A stretch of DNA of 64,000 nucleotides. It comes from a virus (taxonomy: Duplodnaviria; Caudoviricetes). Numbering within the stretch: position 1 is the stretch's first letter; each line of letters begins with the position of its first letter. Position numbers and translations under genes: made by a program. The notes beneath the pieces are model-generated. The model did not search any database. It was not told where the DNA came from and saw only the letters and a program-made list of their open reading frames with translations. The stretch is from positions 1 through 64,000 of the IMG/VR virus record IMGVR_UViG_2740892367_000002. One strand, given 5' to 3'. Shown here one piece after another: positions 16,776 to 26,180 of this stretch.

Positions 16776-18425
16776 ATGGACGCGCGCGCTAACGAACTCA
16801 TCCGTCTGCAGGAGCAGATGGCATCCCGACGTGGCATTTGGGAGGGCCATTGGCGCGAGATCGCAGAGCGCGTGCGCCCGACGCAGAACATCTTTCAGCA
16901 GCAGCGCCCCGACGGGGACAAGCGCAACGAGAAGATCTTCGATGCGACCGCACCGCTCGCGCTGCCGAAGTTTGCCGCAGCGGTGATCAGCTTCACCATG
17001 CCGGCCACGCAGCGCTACCAGACGCTGTCTACCATCGATCCTGACCTGGCGCAGAACACAAACGTGAAGCGCTACCTGGAGCAGGTTGCCGATCTGATCT
17101 TCAAGGTTCGCTACTCGCCGCACAGCAACTTTCAGTCGCAGACCGGTGAAGTGGTGCTGGACATTGGCGCCTTCGGTACCGGCATCCTGTTCATCGATGA
17201 TGTGCTCGGCAAGGGCATCCGCTACAAGTCGCTGTCACTGGCCGAGTGTTACGTGTCGGAGGACGAGCACGGCACCATCAACCGGCTGCACCGAAAGTTC
17301 CAACTCACGGCCGAGCAGGCCGCGCACAAGTTCGGCACGGACAAGCTATCCGAAGGGCTGAAGCGGGCGCTGGAGAAGGACCCGCTGGCCAAGTTCTGGT
17401 TTCTGCATTGCGTGGGCCCGAATGAGGATTACGACGGCCGGCGCCATGATCACCGCGGCATGGCGTTCTCGTCGTGCTACATCGAGTTCGAACAGCGCAC
17501 CACCGTGGAAGAAGGCGGCTTCCGTCGCTTCCCGTTCGCCGTGCCGCGCTTCGAGACCAGCCCGCGCGAGGTCTATGGGCGCTCGCCGGCCATGGCAGTG
17601 CTGCCCGATATCAAGATGCTCAACGAGATGAGCAAGACAGTGCTGCGCGCCGGCCAGATGGTCGTGGCGCCGCCGATCATGCTCACCGAGGACGCGAGCC
17701 TTCAGGCGTTCAACGTGCGTTCCAACGCGCTGAACTACGGCTATGTGGACCAGAACGGCCGCCCCATGGCGATCCCGTTCCAGACGCAGGGCCGCGTGGA
17801 CATCGGGCTGGACATGATGAACCAGCGCCGTGAGGCCATCAACGATGCCTTCTACGTGACGCTGTTCCGCATCCTGGTGGAAGAGCCGCAGATCACCGCG
17901 ACCGAGGCCATGCTGCGTGCGCAGGAGAAGGGCCAGTTGCTGGCGCCGACCATGGGGCGCATTCAGGGTGAGATGCTGGGCCCGATCACCGAGCGCGAGA
18001 TCGACATCCTTGCCGCCAGTGGTGCATTGCCGCCGATGCCGCAGGAGCTGATCGACGCAGGCGGAGAGGTCCGCATCGAGTACCAAGGGCCGCTCAACCA
18101 GGCGCAGCGTGCGAGTGTCGGCATCGGCATCATGAACACGCTGCAGGGCGTCACGCCGCTGGCGCAGATCGATCCGTCCGTCATGTCGCTATTTGACATC
18201 GAGGGCATGGCACGCGAGCTGGCGGAGATCAACATGGTTCCGGAACGCCTCATGCGCAGCGACGAGGAAGTCACGGCTATGAAGGAGCAGCAGGCCCAGG
18301 CTGCGCAGGCGCAAAAGTTGCTCGAGGCAGCGCCTGTTGCCGCATCCACGATGAAGGATCTGGCGCAGGCGCAGGCTATGTCAGGTTCCAACCAGGCGGC
18401 GCCAGCCGTCATCCCAGGAGCGTAA
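16776..18425 (+). CDS. Portal (head-tail connector)
   Basis: SNF...DIGAFGTG, YGRSPAM, TATE...QEK...LAP motifs of T7/BPP-1-type connectors. Confidence 0.9.
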   Translation: MDARANELIRLQEQMASRRGIWEGHWREIAERVRPTQNIFQQQRPDGDKRNEKIFDATAPLALPKFAAAVISFTMPATQRYQTLSTIDPDLAQNTNVKRYLEQVADLIFKVRYSPHSNFQSQTGEVVLDIGAFGTGILFIDDVLGKGIRYKSLSLAECYVSEDEHGTINRLHRKFQLTAEQAAHKFGTDKLSEGLKRALEKDPLAKFWFLHCVGPNEDYDGRRHDHRGMAFSSCYIEFEQRTTVEEGGFRRFPFAVPRFETSPREVYGRSPAMAVLPDIKMLNEMSKTVLRAGQMVVAPPIMLTEDASLQAFNVRSNALNYGYVDQNGRPMAIPFQTQGRVDIGLDMMNQRREAINDAFYVTLFRILVEEPQITATEAMLRAQEKGQLLAPTMGRIQGEMLGPITEREIDILAASGALPPMPQELIDAGGEVRIEYQGPLNQAQRASVGIGIMNTLQGVTPLAQIDPSVMSLFDIEGMARELAEINMVPERLMRSDEEVTAMKEQQAQAAQAQKLLEAAPVAASTMKDLAQAQAMSGSNQAAPAVIPGA

Positions 18426-18713
18426 ATGTCCGCCTACACCCCACCCAACACCAACATCATCTTCGAGCGCTGCCCCGACAATGCCGTGCGCGTGTTCAAG
18501 CAGATCCAGTCCACCGAGGACGGCACCAGCGTCACCACGGAAGTTTGCTTTATCCCGGCCGGTGACTGGAACGATCTCGTGACGGCCATGGGTTCGGTGG
18601 CTGCCGCTGGTGGCGTCGCCGCCGTGGATGCCGCTCCCGAAGCCACGCCTGCTGCGGTGATCCCGGCCGACAATGACCCGCTCGTGGCGGGCGTCGCTGA
18701 TCCCGCCGCATGA
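18426..18713 (+). CDS. Hypothetical protein
   Basis: 95 aa abutting portal stop. Confidence 0.55.
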   Translation: MSAYTPPNTNIIFERCPDNAVRVFKQIQSTEDGTSVTTEVCFIPAGDWNDLVTAMGSVAAAGGVAAVDAAPEATPAAVIPADNDPLVAGVADPAA

Positions 18714-18976
18714 GCATGCTCGATCGAATCCTGCGCCGGCGCTCGTTCTACCGGGCCACGTTCCAGACGGATGCCGGCCGCAAGGTCCTCGCCGACCTGC
18801 GCCGGTTCAGTGGTTTCGGTGAGTCGCCGCTGCGTGTCTCGACCATCCGCCAGCAGGTTGATCCGATTGCCACCGCCGTGCAGATCGGTCGGCAAGAGAT
18901 GTTCCAGCGCATCCTTGCGCATCTGCACGTCGACGACGCCCAACTTCTGAAACTCAAAGAGGAAGCCGAAGAATGA
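18710..18976 (+). CDS. Bbp19-like protein
   Basis: YRATFQTDAGRKVLADL...IGRQEMFQRI. Confidence 0.7.
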   Translation: MSMLDRILRRRSFYRATFQTDAGRKVLADLRRFSGFGESPLRVSTIRQQVDPIATAVQIGRQEMFQRILAHLHVDDAQLLKLKEEAEE

Positions 18977-19899
18977 ACACAGCCGCCGCTGCTTTTGCTG
19001 GAACCCCTACCGCCGCTCCTGCTGCGGCTCCTGCTGGTACACCTCCCGCAGGCGACCCTGGCATCCCGCCGTCTGGTACGCCTACGGCTGCCCCCGCTGG
19101 TACGCCGCCGGCCAGCAATGACACCTGGTACTCGGGTTTCGAGAATGCCGATGTCAAGAACTGGACGCAGGCCAAGGGCTTCAAGGACCCGGCCGCGCTG
19201 GCCGAGAGCGCGTGGAACCTCGAGAAGCTTATCGGGCACGAGAAGGCTGGCCGCACCGTCGTCATTCCTGGCGATGATGCGCCGGCCGAGGAGGTTGCCG
19301 CCTTCCGCGCGAAGATGGGCATCCCCGAGAAGGCCGACGACTACATGAGCGTGATCAAGGTGCCGGAAGGGCAGCCCGACACGTTCGCCAAGGAAGCCGC
19401 CAACTGGTTCCATGAGGCTGGCATCCAGCCGAAACAGGCCGCCATTCTGGCCGAGAAGTGGAATACCTACCAGGCTACGATCGGCCAACAGCAGACCCAA
19501 CAGTCGGCCGCCGACTCCGATCGCCAGTTTGGCGAGGTCGTCGCTTCGTGGGGCAAGGATGCGGACGCCAACCTGGAACTGGGCAAGCGTGCCGCCACGC
19601 AGTTCCTGCCGGCCAAGGATGCGGCTGAGCGTCAGGCCATTCTCGGCAAGCTGGAAGGCGCGATCGGCACGAAGGCAATGCTGGAGATGTTCGCCAACAT
19701 CGGCCGCGGCCTGGGCGAGCACAAGGTGCACAGCAACGGCGACCCGGGCGGACTCGGCATGTCGCCGGCCGAGGCGCAAGCGAAGATTAATTCGCTGAAG
19801 TCGGACCAGGCATGGACCTCTGCGTACCTGAAGGGCGACGCCTCGAAGAAGACCGAGCTGGAACGCCTGATCAAGATCGCGTACCCCGCGAGCGAGTGA
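18973..19899 (+). CDS. Capsid scaffolding protein
   Basis: A/P-rich N-terminus, GIPEKADDY, helical; upstream of capsid gene. Confidence 0.75.
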   Translation: MNTAAAAFAGTPTAAPAAAPAGTPPAGDPGIPPSGTPTAAPAGTPPASNDTWYSGFENADVKNWTQAKGFKDPAALAESAWNLEKLIGHEKAGRTVVIPGDDAPAEEVAAFRAKMGIPEKADDYMSVIKVPEGQPDTFAKEAANWFHEAGIQPKQAAILAEKWNTYQATIGQQQTQQSAADSDRQFGEVVASWGKDADANLELGKRAATQFLPAKDAAERQAILGKLEGAIGTKAMLEMFANIGRGLGEHKVHSNGDPGGLGMSPAEAQAKINSLKSDQAWTSAYLKGDASKKTELERLIKIAYPASE

Positions 19900-19900
19900 C

Positions 19901-20146
19901 ATGGCAGATACCAAAAACGCGTCTCTTACTTCGCAAGGCATCCGCTTAGAATGCCTACGACTGGCACAGCGTCCTGACAAGGACACTGAATGGATCACGA
20001 AACGCGCGGGAGAGTTCGAGCGTTTCGTAGTCGGTGAGCCAGAACAGCCAACGGAGCCCGCTTCCGCCACCACCGAAACAACGGCGGAGGCGGCTCTGGA
20101 AACCACCGGTAAGGCGAAGGCGACGTCCCGGTCAAAGAGCAGCTGA
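19901..20146 (+). CDS. Hypothetical protein
   Basis: 81 aa, IRLECLRLA motif. Confidence 0.55.
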   Translation: MADTKNASLTSQGIRLECLRLAQRPDKDTEWITKRAGEFERFVVGEPEQPTEPASATTETTAEAALETTGKAKATSRSKSS

Positions 20147-20245
20147 CACTGCCGTAGTGCCGCGCACGTACGCGCGGAAGTGTGGCCCGGGTAGCCGGCA
20201 AGCCTCGCGAGAAGTTGATCCCATCATCTTTCTCTGGAGGCTACC

Positions 20246-21136
20246 GTGTCCCAGTTCGTCACTACCCATTACGTCCAGCAGTACACCACCAACGTCCAGC
20301 TGCTCTCGCAGCAGAAGGGCTCCCGCCTGATCGGCAGCGTCACGCAAGGCACCTACGTCGGTAAGCAAGGCGTGCCTGTCGATCAGTTCGCGCCGACCGT
20401 CGCCACCAAGCGCACCACGCGCTATCCCGCGCTGACGCCGGCTGACACCCAGGCAGACCGCCGCTGGGTCTTCCCGTCCGACTACGACTGGAACGACCTG
20501 ATCGACCAGATCGACAAGCTGCGCCTGCTGATCGACCCGAAATCGAGCTACGCGCTGAATGGCACGGCCGCCATGAACCGCGCGAAGGATGACGAGATCA
20601 TCGCCGCCTTCTTCGGCACGGCAAAGACCGGCGTCGATGGCTCGGTGTCGACCAACTTCCCGGCATCGCAACAGGTCTCGGCATCGGAAGGCGCCAGCTC
20701 TGCCACGGGCATGAACGTGGAGAAGCTGAAGGCCGGTATCCAGATCCTGCTGCAGAACGAAGCCTGGGATCCGTCGTCTGGCGAACGCGTCTACTGCGTG
20801 ATCTCGTCCAAACAAAACCGCAACCTGATGGACGAAGTGCAGGTCATCAATGCCGACTACAACGGTGAAAAGGCCGTGGTCAATGACGGCTTCGTGATGT
20901 CGTGGGGCAAGGTGGATTTCATCCACTCCGAGCGCCTACCGGTGAACGGTTCGTCGCAGACCCGCTGCCCCTTCTACGTCAAGGAGGGCATGCACCTGGG
21001 CCAGTGGCAAGACATCTCGACCGACGTGCGTCAGCGTGGTGATCTGGCTGGTCTGCCGTGGCAGGTGTACCTGTACGGGACCTTCGGCGGTACGCGCCTG
21101 GAGGAAAAGAAGGTCGTGGAAATTCCCTGCGCGTAA
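20246..21136 (+). CDS. Major capsid protein
   Basis: VQQYTTNVQLLSQQKGSRL, AAMNRAKDDEII, GGTRLEEKKVVEI; strong codon bias; GGAGG RBS. Confidence 0.88.
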   Translation: MSQFVTTHYVQQYTTNVQLLSQQKGSRLIGSVTQGTYVGKQGVPVDQFAPTVATKRTTRYPALTPADTQADRRWVFPSDYDWNDLIDQIDKLRLLIDPKSSYALNGTAAMNRAKDDEIIAAFFGTAKTGVDGSVSTNFPASQQVSASEGASSATGMNVEKLKAGIQILLQNEAWDPSSGERVYCVISSKQNRNLMDEVQVINADYNGEKAVVNDGFVMSWGKVDFIHSERLPVNGSSQTRCPFYVKEGMHLGQWQDISTDVRQRGDLAGLPWQVYLYGTFGGTRLEEKKVVEIPCA

Positions 21137-21178
21137 GCGTCGGGCTCCATCACCTCCACTCACATCTAGGAGCGAATC

Positions 21179-21688
21179 ATGGCAGTTGTTACCGTCAAGT
21201 CCACCGTCATCACGAACCGCGATGCGGTGCCGGCCGTCATCAACGACGGTCGTCTGGAGCGCGGCTCGCTGCGCTCGTCCCACGGCTACGTCACCGCGAC
21301 AAACGGTGATTCGGCCAACTCGAAGTACGTTCTCGCCTCGGTCCCGTCGAGCGCGATGGTGCGCCAGATCCTGTTCTCGTGCGCCAACCTCGGCGCATCG
21401 TCGGCGATCAACCTGGGCGTGTCCCGCAACACCAAGGACGGCGGTGCAGCGGTGAGCGCCTCGCTCTTCGCCTCGGCTCAAGCCACCTCGGCCGCGCTCT
21501 CGAACAGCGACGTGACCAACCAGTCCGGCAGCTTCACGCTCGACAAGCAAGAGCAGCCACTGTGGCAAGCGGCTGGCATGGCTGCTGACCCTGGCGGCAC
21601 GCTGGACATCGTTGCCACGGTATCCGTGGCGATCGCTGCCACCGGCCTCCTGGGCGCGAACGTCGAGTACGTCGACAACGGCAACTGA
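21179..21688 (+). CDS. Capsid decoration/cement protein (putative)
   Basis: Small beta-rich protein between capsid gene and terminator. Confidence 0.65.
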   Translation: MAVVTVKSTVITNRDAVPAVINDGRLERGSLRSSHGYVTATNGDSANSKYVLASVPSSAMVRQILFSCANLGASSAINLGVSRNTKDGGAAVSASLFASAQATSAALSNSDVTNQSGSFTLDKQEQPLWQAAGMAADPGGTLDIVATVSVAIAATGLLGANVEYVDNGN

Positions 21689-21717
21689 TCAACCTTCTCC
21701 ACGCGAGAGCGGCGCTT

Positions 21718-21748
21718 CCCACGGGCTTCAGGGCTCGTGGGCTTTTTT
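21718..21748 (+). terminator. Intrinsic terminator after capsid genes
   Basis: CCCACGGGC-TTCAGG-GCTCGTGGG then C-T6. Confidence 0.8.
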
Positions 21749-21765
21749 GCAAATAGGAGTACACC

Positions 21766-21990
21766 ATGGCAACACGTCGTCTGAGCATTGCGGTCGAAGG
21801 CAACGATCACCAGGTCACGGATGCAGTCGGCGCAGCCGTCGTTACGGCGCCGGTGGAATTGACGATCGACACCGATGCGCTGATCGCGTCCGGGCTGTCG
21901 TCCACGCAGGTCCGTATGCAGGTGCTTCTTGCACTGGACAAGCTGCACGCCTACATCGAGACGTCCGGCAAGTTCAACATGCCCGGCTAA
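21766..21990 (+). CDS. Hypothetical virion protein
   Basis: 74 aa, AGGAG RBS. Confidence 0.6.
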   Translation: MATRRLSIAVEGNDHQVTDAVGAAVVTAPVELTIDTDALIASGLSSTQVRMQVLLALDKLHAYIETSGKFNMPG

Positions 21991-21999
21991 GGGGCACCC

Positions 22000-22599
22000 A
22001 TGGCCTCGCAAGTCGAGATCTGCAATCGCGCGGTCACGAAGCTCGGGGCCGCCCGTATCACCAGCATCACCGAGAACAGCAAGCCGGCCCGTGTGATGAA
22101 TGCACTGTGGGATACCGTGCGCAAGGCGGAACTGCGCCGGCGCATCTGGAAGTTCGCCACGGCGCGCACCACGCTCCCCGCCGTCAGCCCGGCGCCGGCA
22201 TGGGGCTACAACACTGCCTGCCAGTTGCCGTCGGATTTCCTGCGGTTGGTGCAGGTCAATGACACCTTCGCGGTGCCTGGCCTGACCGACTACCGCGACC
22301 AGGACGATAGCGCGTATGTGCTGGAGGGCAGCCAGATCCTCACCATCTACAACGCGCCGCTGAAGATCCGGTATATCCAGGACGTCACGGATGCGGGGCT
22401 GTTCGATCCGCTGTTCGTGGAAGTGTTCGCCTCGAAGCTTGCCTATGAGGCGGCCGAGGAAATCACCCAATCGCTGTCCAAGAAGCAGCAGGCCGGCGAG
22501 GACTACAAGCAGGCGCTGCGCGATGCCACGCTAACTGGTGCAGTCGAGCGAGCGCCGCAGGGCTTCCCCGACGATAGCTGGATGCTGATCCGACTATGA
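22000..22599 (+). CDS. Tail tubular protein A/adaptor
   Basis: SQVEICNRAVTKLG, WKFA, LPSDFLRL, FDPLFVE. Confidence 0.8.
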   Translation: MASQVEICNRAVTKLGAARITSITENSKPARVMNALWDTVRKAELRRRIWKFATARTTLPAVSPAPAWGYNTACQLPSDFLRLVQVNDTFAVPGLTDYRDQDDSAYVLEGSQILTIYNAPLKIRYIQDVTDAGLFDPLFVEVFASKLAYEAAEEITQSLSKKQQAGEDYKQALRDATLTGAVERAPQGFPDDSWMLIRL

Positions 22600-25202
22600 G
22601 AGCCTCCCCAATGCAGGGCTCTTTCAACTCCGGCGAACTGTCGCCGAGGTTGGAAGGGCGCCCGGACATCGCGAAGTACGCCGCGGGCATGAAGCTCTGC
22701 GAGAACTTCATCCCGGTCATTCAGGGGCCGGCCATGCGCCGCGGTGGCTGGCGGTACGTGTCGCCCATCAAGGACCAGACAAAGCAGGCATGGCTGCTGC
22801 CGTTCCAGTTCAACACGCAGCAGACCTACGTGCTCGAGTTCGGCGACCAGTACATCCGGTTCTGGGCGAATCACGCGCAGTTGCTGAATGGCGGCGTACC
22901 GTACGAGATCGCCTCGCCATATTCGGCGGCCGATCTGGTGGACGTTGACGGCCAGTTTGCGCTGGACTTCGTAGAGTCCGCTGATGTGGTCTACATCACG
23001 CATCCGAAGTACGCGCCGCACAAACTGTCGCGCCTGGCGCCGACAAACTGGGCGCTTGCTACGATGCAACCGACCGGCGGCCCGTTCAAGACGGGCAATA
23101 TCACAGGCACAACGGTCTATGCTTCGGCACAGACTGGAGCAGTCACGCTGACTGCATCGGCCAACATCTTCCAGCCCGGGCATGTAGGGTCACTGTTCCA
23201 GCTCTCGCGCAAGTCAGCCGCGGCCACGACCCAATGGACGCAGCCCGAGCCGATCGGAGTTGGCGACTTGCGCATATCCGACGGGAAAACTTATGCAGCG
23301 GTCAGCCCGAACGTTACCAATCCGCGCGTAACCGGTCCCAATAAGCCGACGCACACGGCCGGTGCGCTGTGGGATGGCGGCGATGTGGATAAAGGAAACT
23401 ATTACATCCCGTCTGGCTCGACCACCGGCGTCACCTGCCGAGTCGGCGTCCAATGGCAGTACCAAGACCCCGGCTTCGGTGTAGTGCTCATCACCGGCTA
23501 TGTCAGCCCGACTCAGGTAACTGGTACCGTGGTGCCAATCTCGACCGCTTCGTCGCAGGCCCAGTTGCCAGCCGATGCCGTCGGCGCCGGTAACGCCTCC
23601 ACGCAGTGGGCCTTTGGCGCCTGGTCTGACGTGGAGGGCTGGCCCTCCAACGTGAGCCTGTTCCGCCAGCGCTTGGCGTTCGGTCGTGGCCAGACGGTAT
23701 GGCAGAGCGTGGCCGGCGACTACGAGAACTTCAGCGTCAAAGATCTGAGCGGGCTGGTCACGTCAGACATGGCGATCACAACCACCCTGGTATCGCCGCA
23801 GGTCAACAATATCCAGTGGATCGAGCCGTCCAACGGGGCGGTGGAGTCGCTGGTGTGCGGCACGGCAGGCAGCGAGTTCTCCGTGCGATCGCAGACCGAG
23901 AATCAGCCATACGGGCCCGACAACGTGACCGCATCGCTGATCTCGGCATTTGGCTCCCGCAAGGCAAAGCCGGTGCACGTCGGCAGAGTGCTGCTGTTCA
24001 TCCAGCGCGCCGGCTCGAAACTGCGCGACGTGGCCTATGACTTCGTGAACAACGGCTACCAGTCGACGGACCAGTCGATGCTGGCGGAGCACATCCCGAA
24101 GCCCAAGCTGAACCAGATCGTCTACCAGCAGGAGCCGTACTCGACGATGTGGGCGGCTCGCAATGATGGCGCGCTGGTGGCCATGACGTACTCACGCGAG
24201 CAGTATCCCGAGCCTCCGCATGGAGGTTGGCACCGGCACCCGATCGGCGGCGGTGGCAAGGTGGAATCGCTAGCCGTGATCGCTGCGCCGGACGGCTCGC
24301 GCGATGAACTGTGGGGCATTGTAAATTGGACGATCAATGGCCAGGTGAGGCGCTATGTCTGCTACATGGAGTGGGAGCGGCGCCCAGGCGATGACCCGGA
24401 GGATAGTTTCTATCTGGATGCCGGGCTGACGCTGGACAATACCATCAACACATCTTTGGGCCCTGGACCGGGCGCAATGGTGGCGCACACGACCGGCGTC
24501 CCATTTACTGCCGGCGCCGCTATCTGGTCATCTGGCGATGTTGGGCGCCAGATCCACTATCGGTATGCGACGACCGCGATTGACGATTCCGGCAAGTCGG
24601 TGCCGACGTTTGCCACCGCCAAGGCCACTATCACGGCATTCACAGACAGCCGGAACGTGGTCTGCACCGTTGATGCTGCATTCCCCTCTACGAATATCAT
24701 CGCAGCTAACAAGTGGCGCATGACGGTTACTACGATCAGCGGCTTGTCGCATCTGGAAGGGCAGACGGTCGACCTGTTGGTGAATGGTGCTACCCATCCG
24801 ACTCGCGTTGTTACCAGCGGCCAGATCACACTGCAGAATCCCGGCTCCAAGGTGCAGGTCGGTTTGGCCTGCCCGGCACGCCTCCAGACCATGCGCCTCA
24901 ATGCTGGCGCCGCCGACGGCACCAGCCAGGGCAAGAGCGCGCGCATCAATCAGCTCGCGGTGCGGGTGCTGGAGACGCTCGGGCTGCAGTACGGCAGCAA
25001 TTTCGCGAACATGGACGAAGGCCAGTTCCGCACGGCGCTCGATGCCATGGACAATCCGCCGCCCCTCTTTACCGGTGACATGCTGTTCGACTTCGCTGAC
25101 GATTACGACACGAACCCGTGGGTGTGCCTGCAGCAGCCTTACCCGCTACCTGCAACGATCGTAGCGATCATGCCGCAGAACACCACCTACGACAGGGGCT
25201 GA
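22596..25202 (+). CDS. Tail tubular protein B/nozzle
   Basis: SFNSGELSPRL...GPAMRRGG, GWPS..FRQRL, GLSHLEGQTV. Confidence 0.85.
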   Translation: MRASPMQGSFNSGELSPRLEGRPDIAKYAAGMKLCENFIPVIQGPAMRRGGWRYVSPIKDQTKQAWLLPFQFNTQQTYVLEFGDQYIRFWANHAQLLNGGVPYEIASPYSAADLVDVDGQFALDFVESADVVYITHPKYAPHKLSRLAPTNWALATMQPTGGPFKTGNITGTTVYASAQTGAVTLTASANIFQPGHVGSLFQLSRKSAAATTQWTQPEPIGVGDLRISDGKTYAAVSPNVTNPRVTGPNKPTHTAGALWDGGDVDKGNYYIPSGSTTGVTCRVGVQWQYQDPGFGVVLITGYVSPTQVTGTVVPISTASSQAQLPADAVGAGNASTQWAFGAWSDVEGWPSNVSLFRQRLAFGRGQTVWQSVAGDYENFSVKDLSGLVTSDMAITTTLVSPQVNNIQWIEPSNGAVESLVCGTAGSEFSVRSQTENQPYGPDNVTASLISAFGSRKAKPVHVGRVLLFIQRAGSKLRDVAYDFVNNGYQSTDQSMLAEHIPKPKLNQIVYQQEPYSTMWAARNDGALVAMTYSREQYPEPPHGGWHRHPIGGGGKVESLAVIAAPDGSRDELWGIVNWTINGQVRRYVCYMEWERRPGDDPEDSFYLDAGLTLDNTINTSLGPGPGAMVAHTTGVPFTAGAAIWSSGDVGRQIHYRYATTAIDDSGKSVPTFATAKATITAFTDSRNVVCTVDAAFPSTNIIAANKWRMTVTTISGLSHLEGQTVDLLVNGATHPTRVVTSGQITLQNPGSKVQVGLACPARLQTMRLNAGAADGTSQGKSARINQLAVRVLETLGLQYGSNFANMDEGQFRTALDAMDNPPPLFTGDMLFDFADDYDTNPWVCLQQPYPLPATIVAIMPQNTTYDRG

Positions 25203-25203
25203 C

Positions 25204-25632
25204 ATGCAGATCGACGCGTACAAGGCATCCGACCTGATCGAACTGATGGTGCAGCCCGCACAGGCGGCCATGCGTCCCATCCTGCTATCGAATGGCTACC
25301 CGGAAGCCCTTGAGTCGCTGGAGTCCTACACGGCGCGCGCCGACGGCAAGGTGGTGGCATGCGGCGGCTATTTCCCGCTCTGGTCCGGGAATGTCCGGGC
25401 ATGGGCCGTAATCGCTGGCGACATCGGCGGATCCGGGATGGTTGCGCTGACCAGGGTCGTGCGGCGCAGCTTTGCGGCCAATACCGCGCGCCGGATCGAG
25501 GTCGAGGTGGATAGTGAATTCGAGCAGGCCCATCGCTGGGTGCGCATGCTCGGGCAGTTCGAATGGGAAGGCCGGATGCGCAAATACTCGCCCGACGGGC
25601 GCGACTGTGACCGATACGCAATGGTGAGATAA
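25204..25632 (+). CDS. GNAT-like protein (T7 gp13 position)
   Basis: AHRWVRMLG.FEWEG.MRKY; follows nozzle gene. Confidence 0.65.
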   Translation: MQIDAYKASDLIELMVQPAQAAMRPILLSNGYPEALESLESYTARADGKVVACGGYFPLWSGNVRAWAVIAGDIGGSGMVALTRVVRRSFAANTARRIEVEVDSEFEQAHRWVRMLGQFEWEGRMRKYSPDGRDCDRYAMVR

Positions 25633-26175
25633 ATGGCAGATCCCGTAACCCTACTCGCAGTCACAGCCGCCGCCAGTTCCGCGCTGGGCATTGCAGGTGC
25701 GGTCACCTCGGCAAATGCCCAGGCGGCCAGCCAGCAGTCAGCAGCGAACGCGTCCGACTATAACGCCGAGGTCGACAGGCAGAAGGCAGCCGTAGCATCC
25801 CAGCAGGGCAATGCCAATGAGGAAGCACAGCGCCGATCGGCAGCGCTCGCCATGGGCAAGCAGGCCGCAGCCACCGCGCAATCCGGTGTGGATCTGTCAT
25901 CGGGCTCGGCGCTCGATCTCTACAAGCAGTCGGCCACCAACGCCGAACTCGATGCGCTGAACATCCGCTACGGCGCGCAACTGCAGGCGCAGGGATTCCA
26001 GCAGCAGGGCACGCTTGACACGCTATCTGCGCAGCAGGCGCGTAACAATGCGAGCGCCGCGACCACGGCCGGGTATCTGAGTGCGGGCGCCTCGGCGCTG
26101 TCGGCATACGGCACCTACACAACGCAGAAATCACAACTCGCGCTGGCTAAGAAGGGCGTGAGCATTCAAGGCTGA
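25633..26175 (+). CDS. Internal virion (ejection) protein, gp14-like
   Basis: A/Q-rich; QSGVDLSSGSALD motif. Confidence 0.72.
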   Translation: MADPVTLLAVTAAASSALGIAGAVTSANAQAASQQSAANASDYNAEVDRQKAAVASQQGNANEEAQRRSAALAMGKQAAATAQSGVDLSSGSALDLYKQSATNAELDALNIRYGAQLQAQGFQQQGTLDTLSAQQARNNASAATTAGYLSAGASALSAYGTYTTQKSQLALAKKGVSIQG

Positions 26176-26180
26176 CCGCC

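Noticed and set aside
18973-19120. Repeated GCTGGTAC/CCTAC units
   Set aside because: Explained by the low-complexity AGTP(T/P)AAP N-terminus of the scaffolding protein
20147-20245. Structured RNA upstream of the major capsid gene
   Set aside because: Only short GC-rich hairpins; not distinguishable from chance without comparative data
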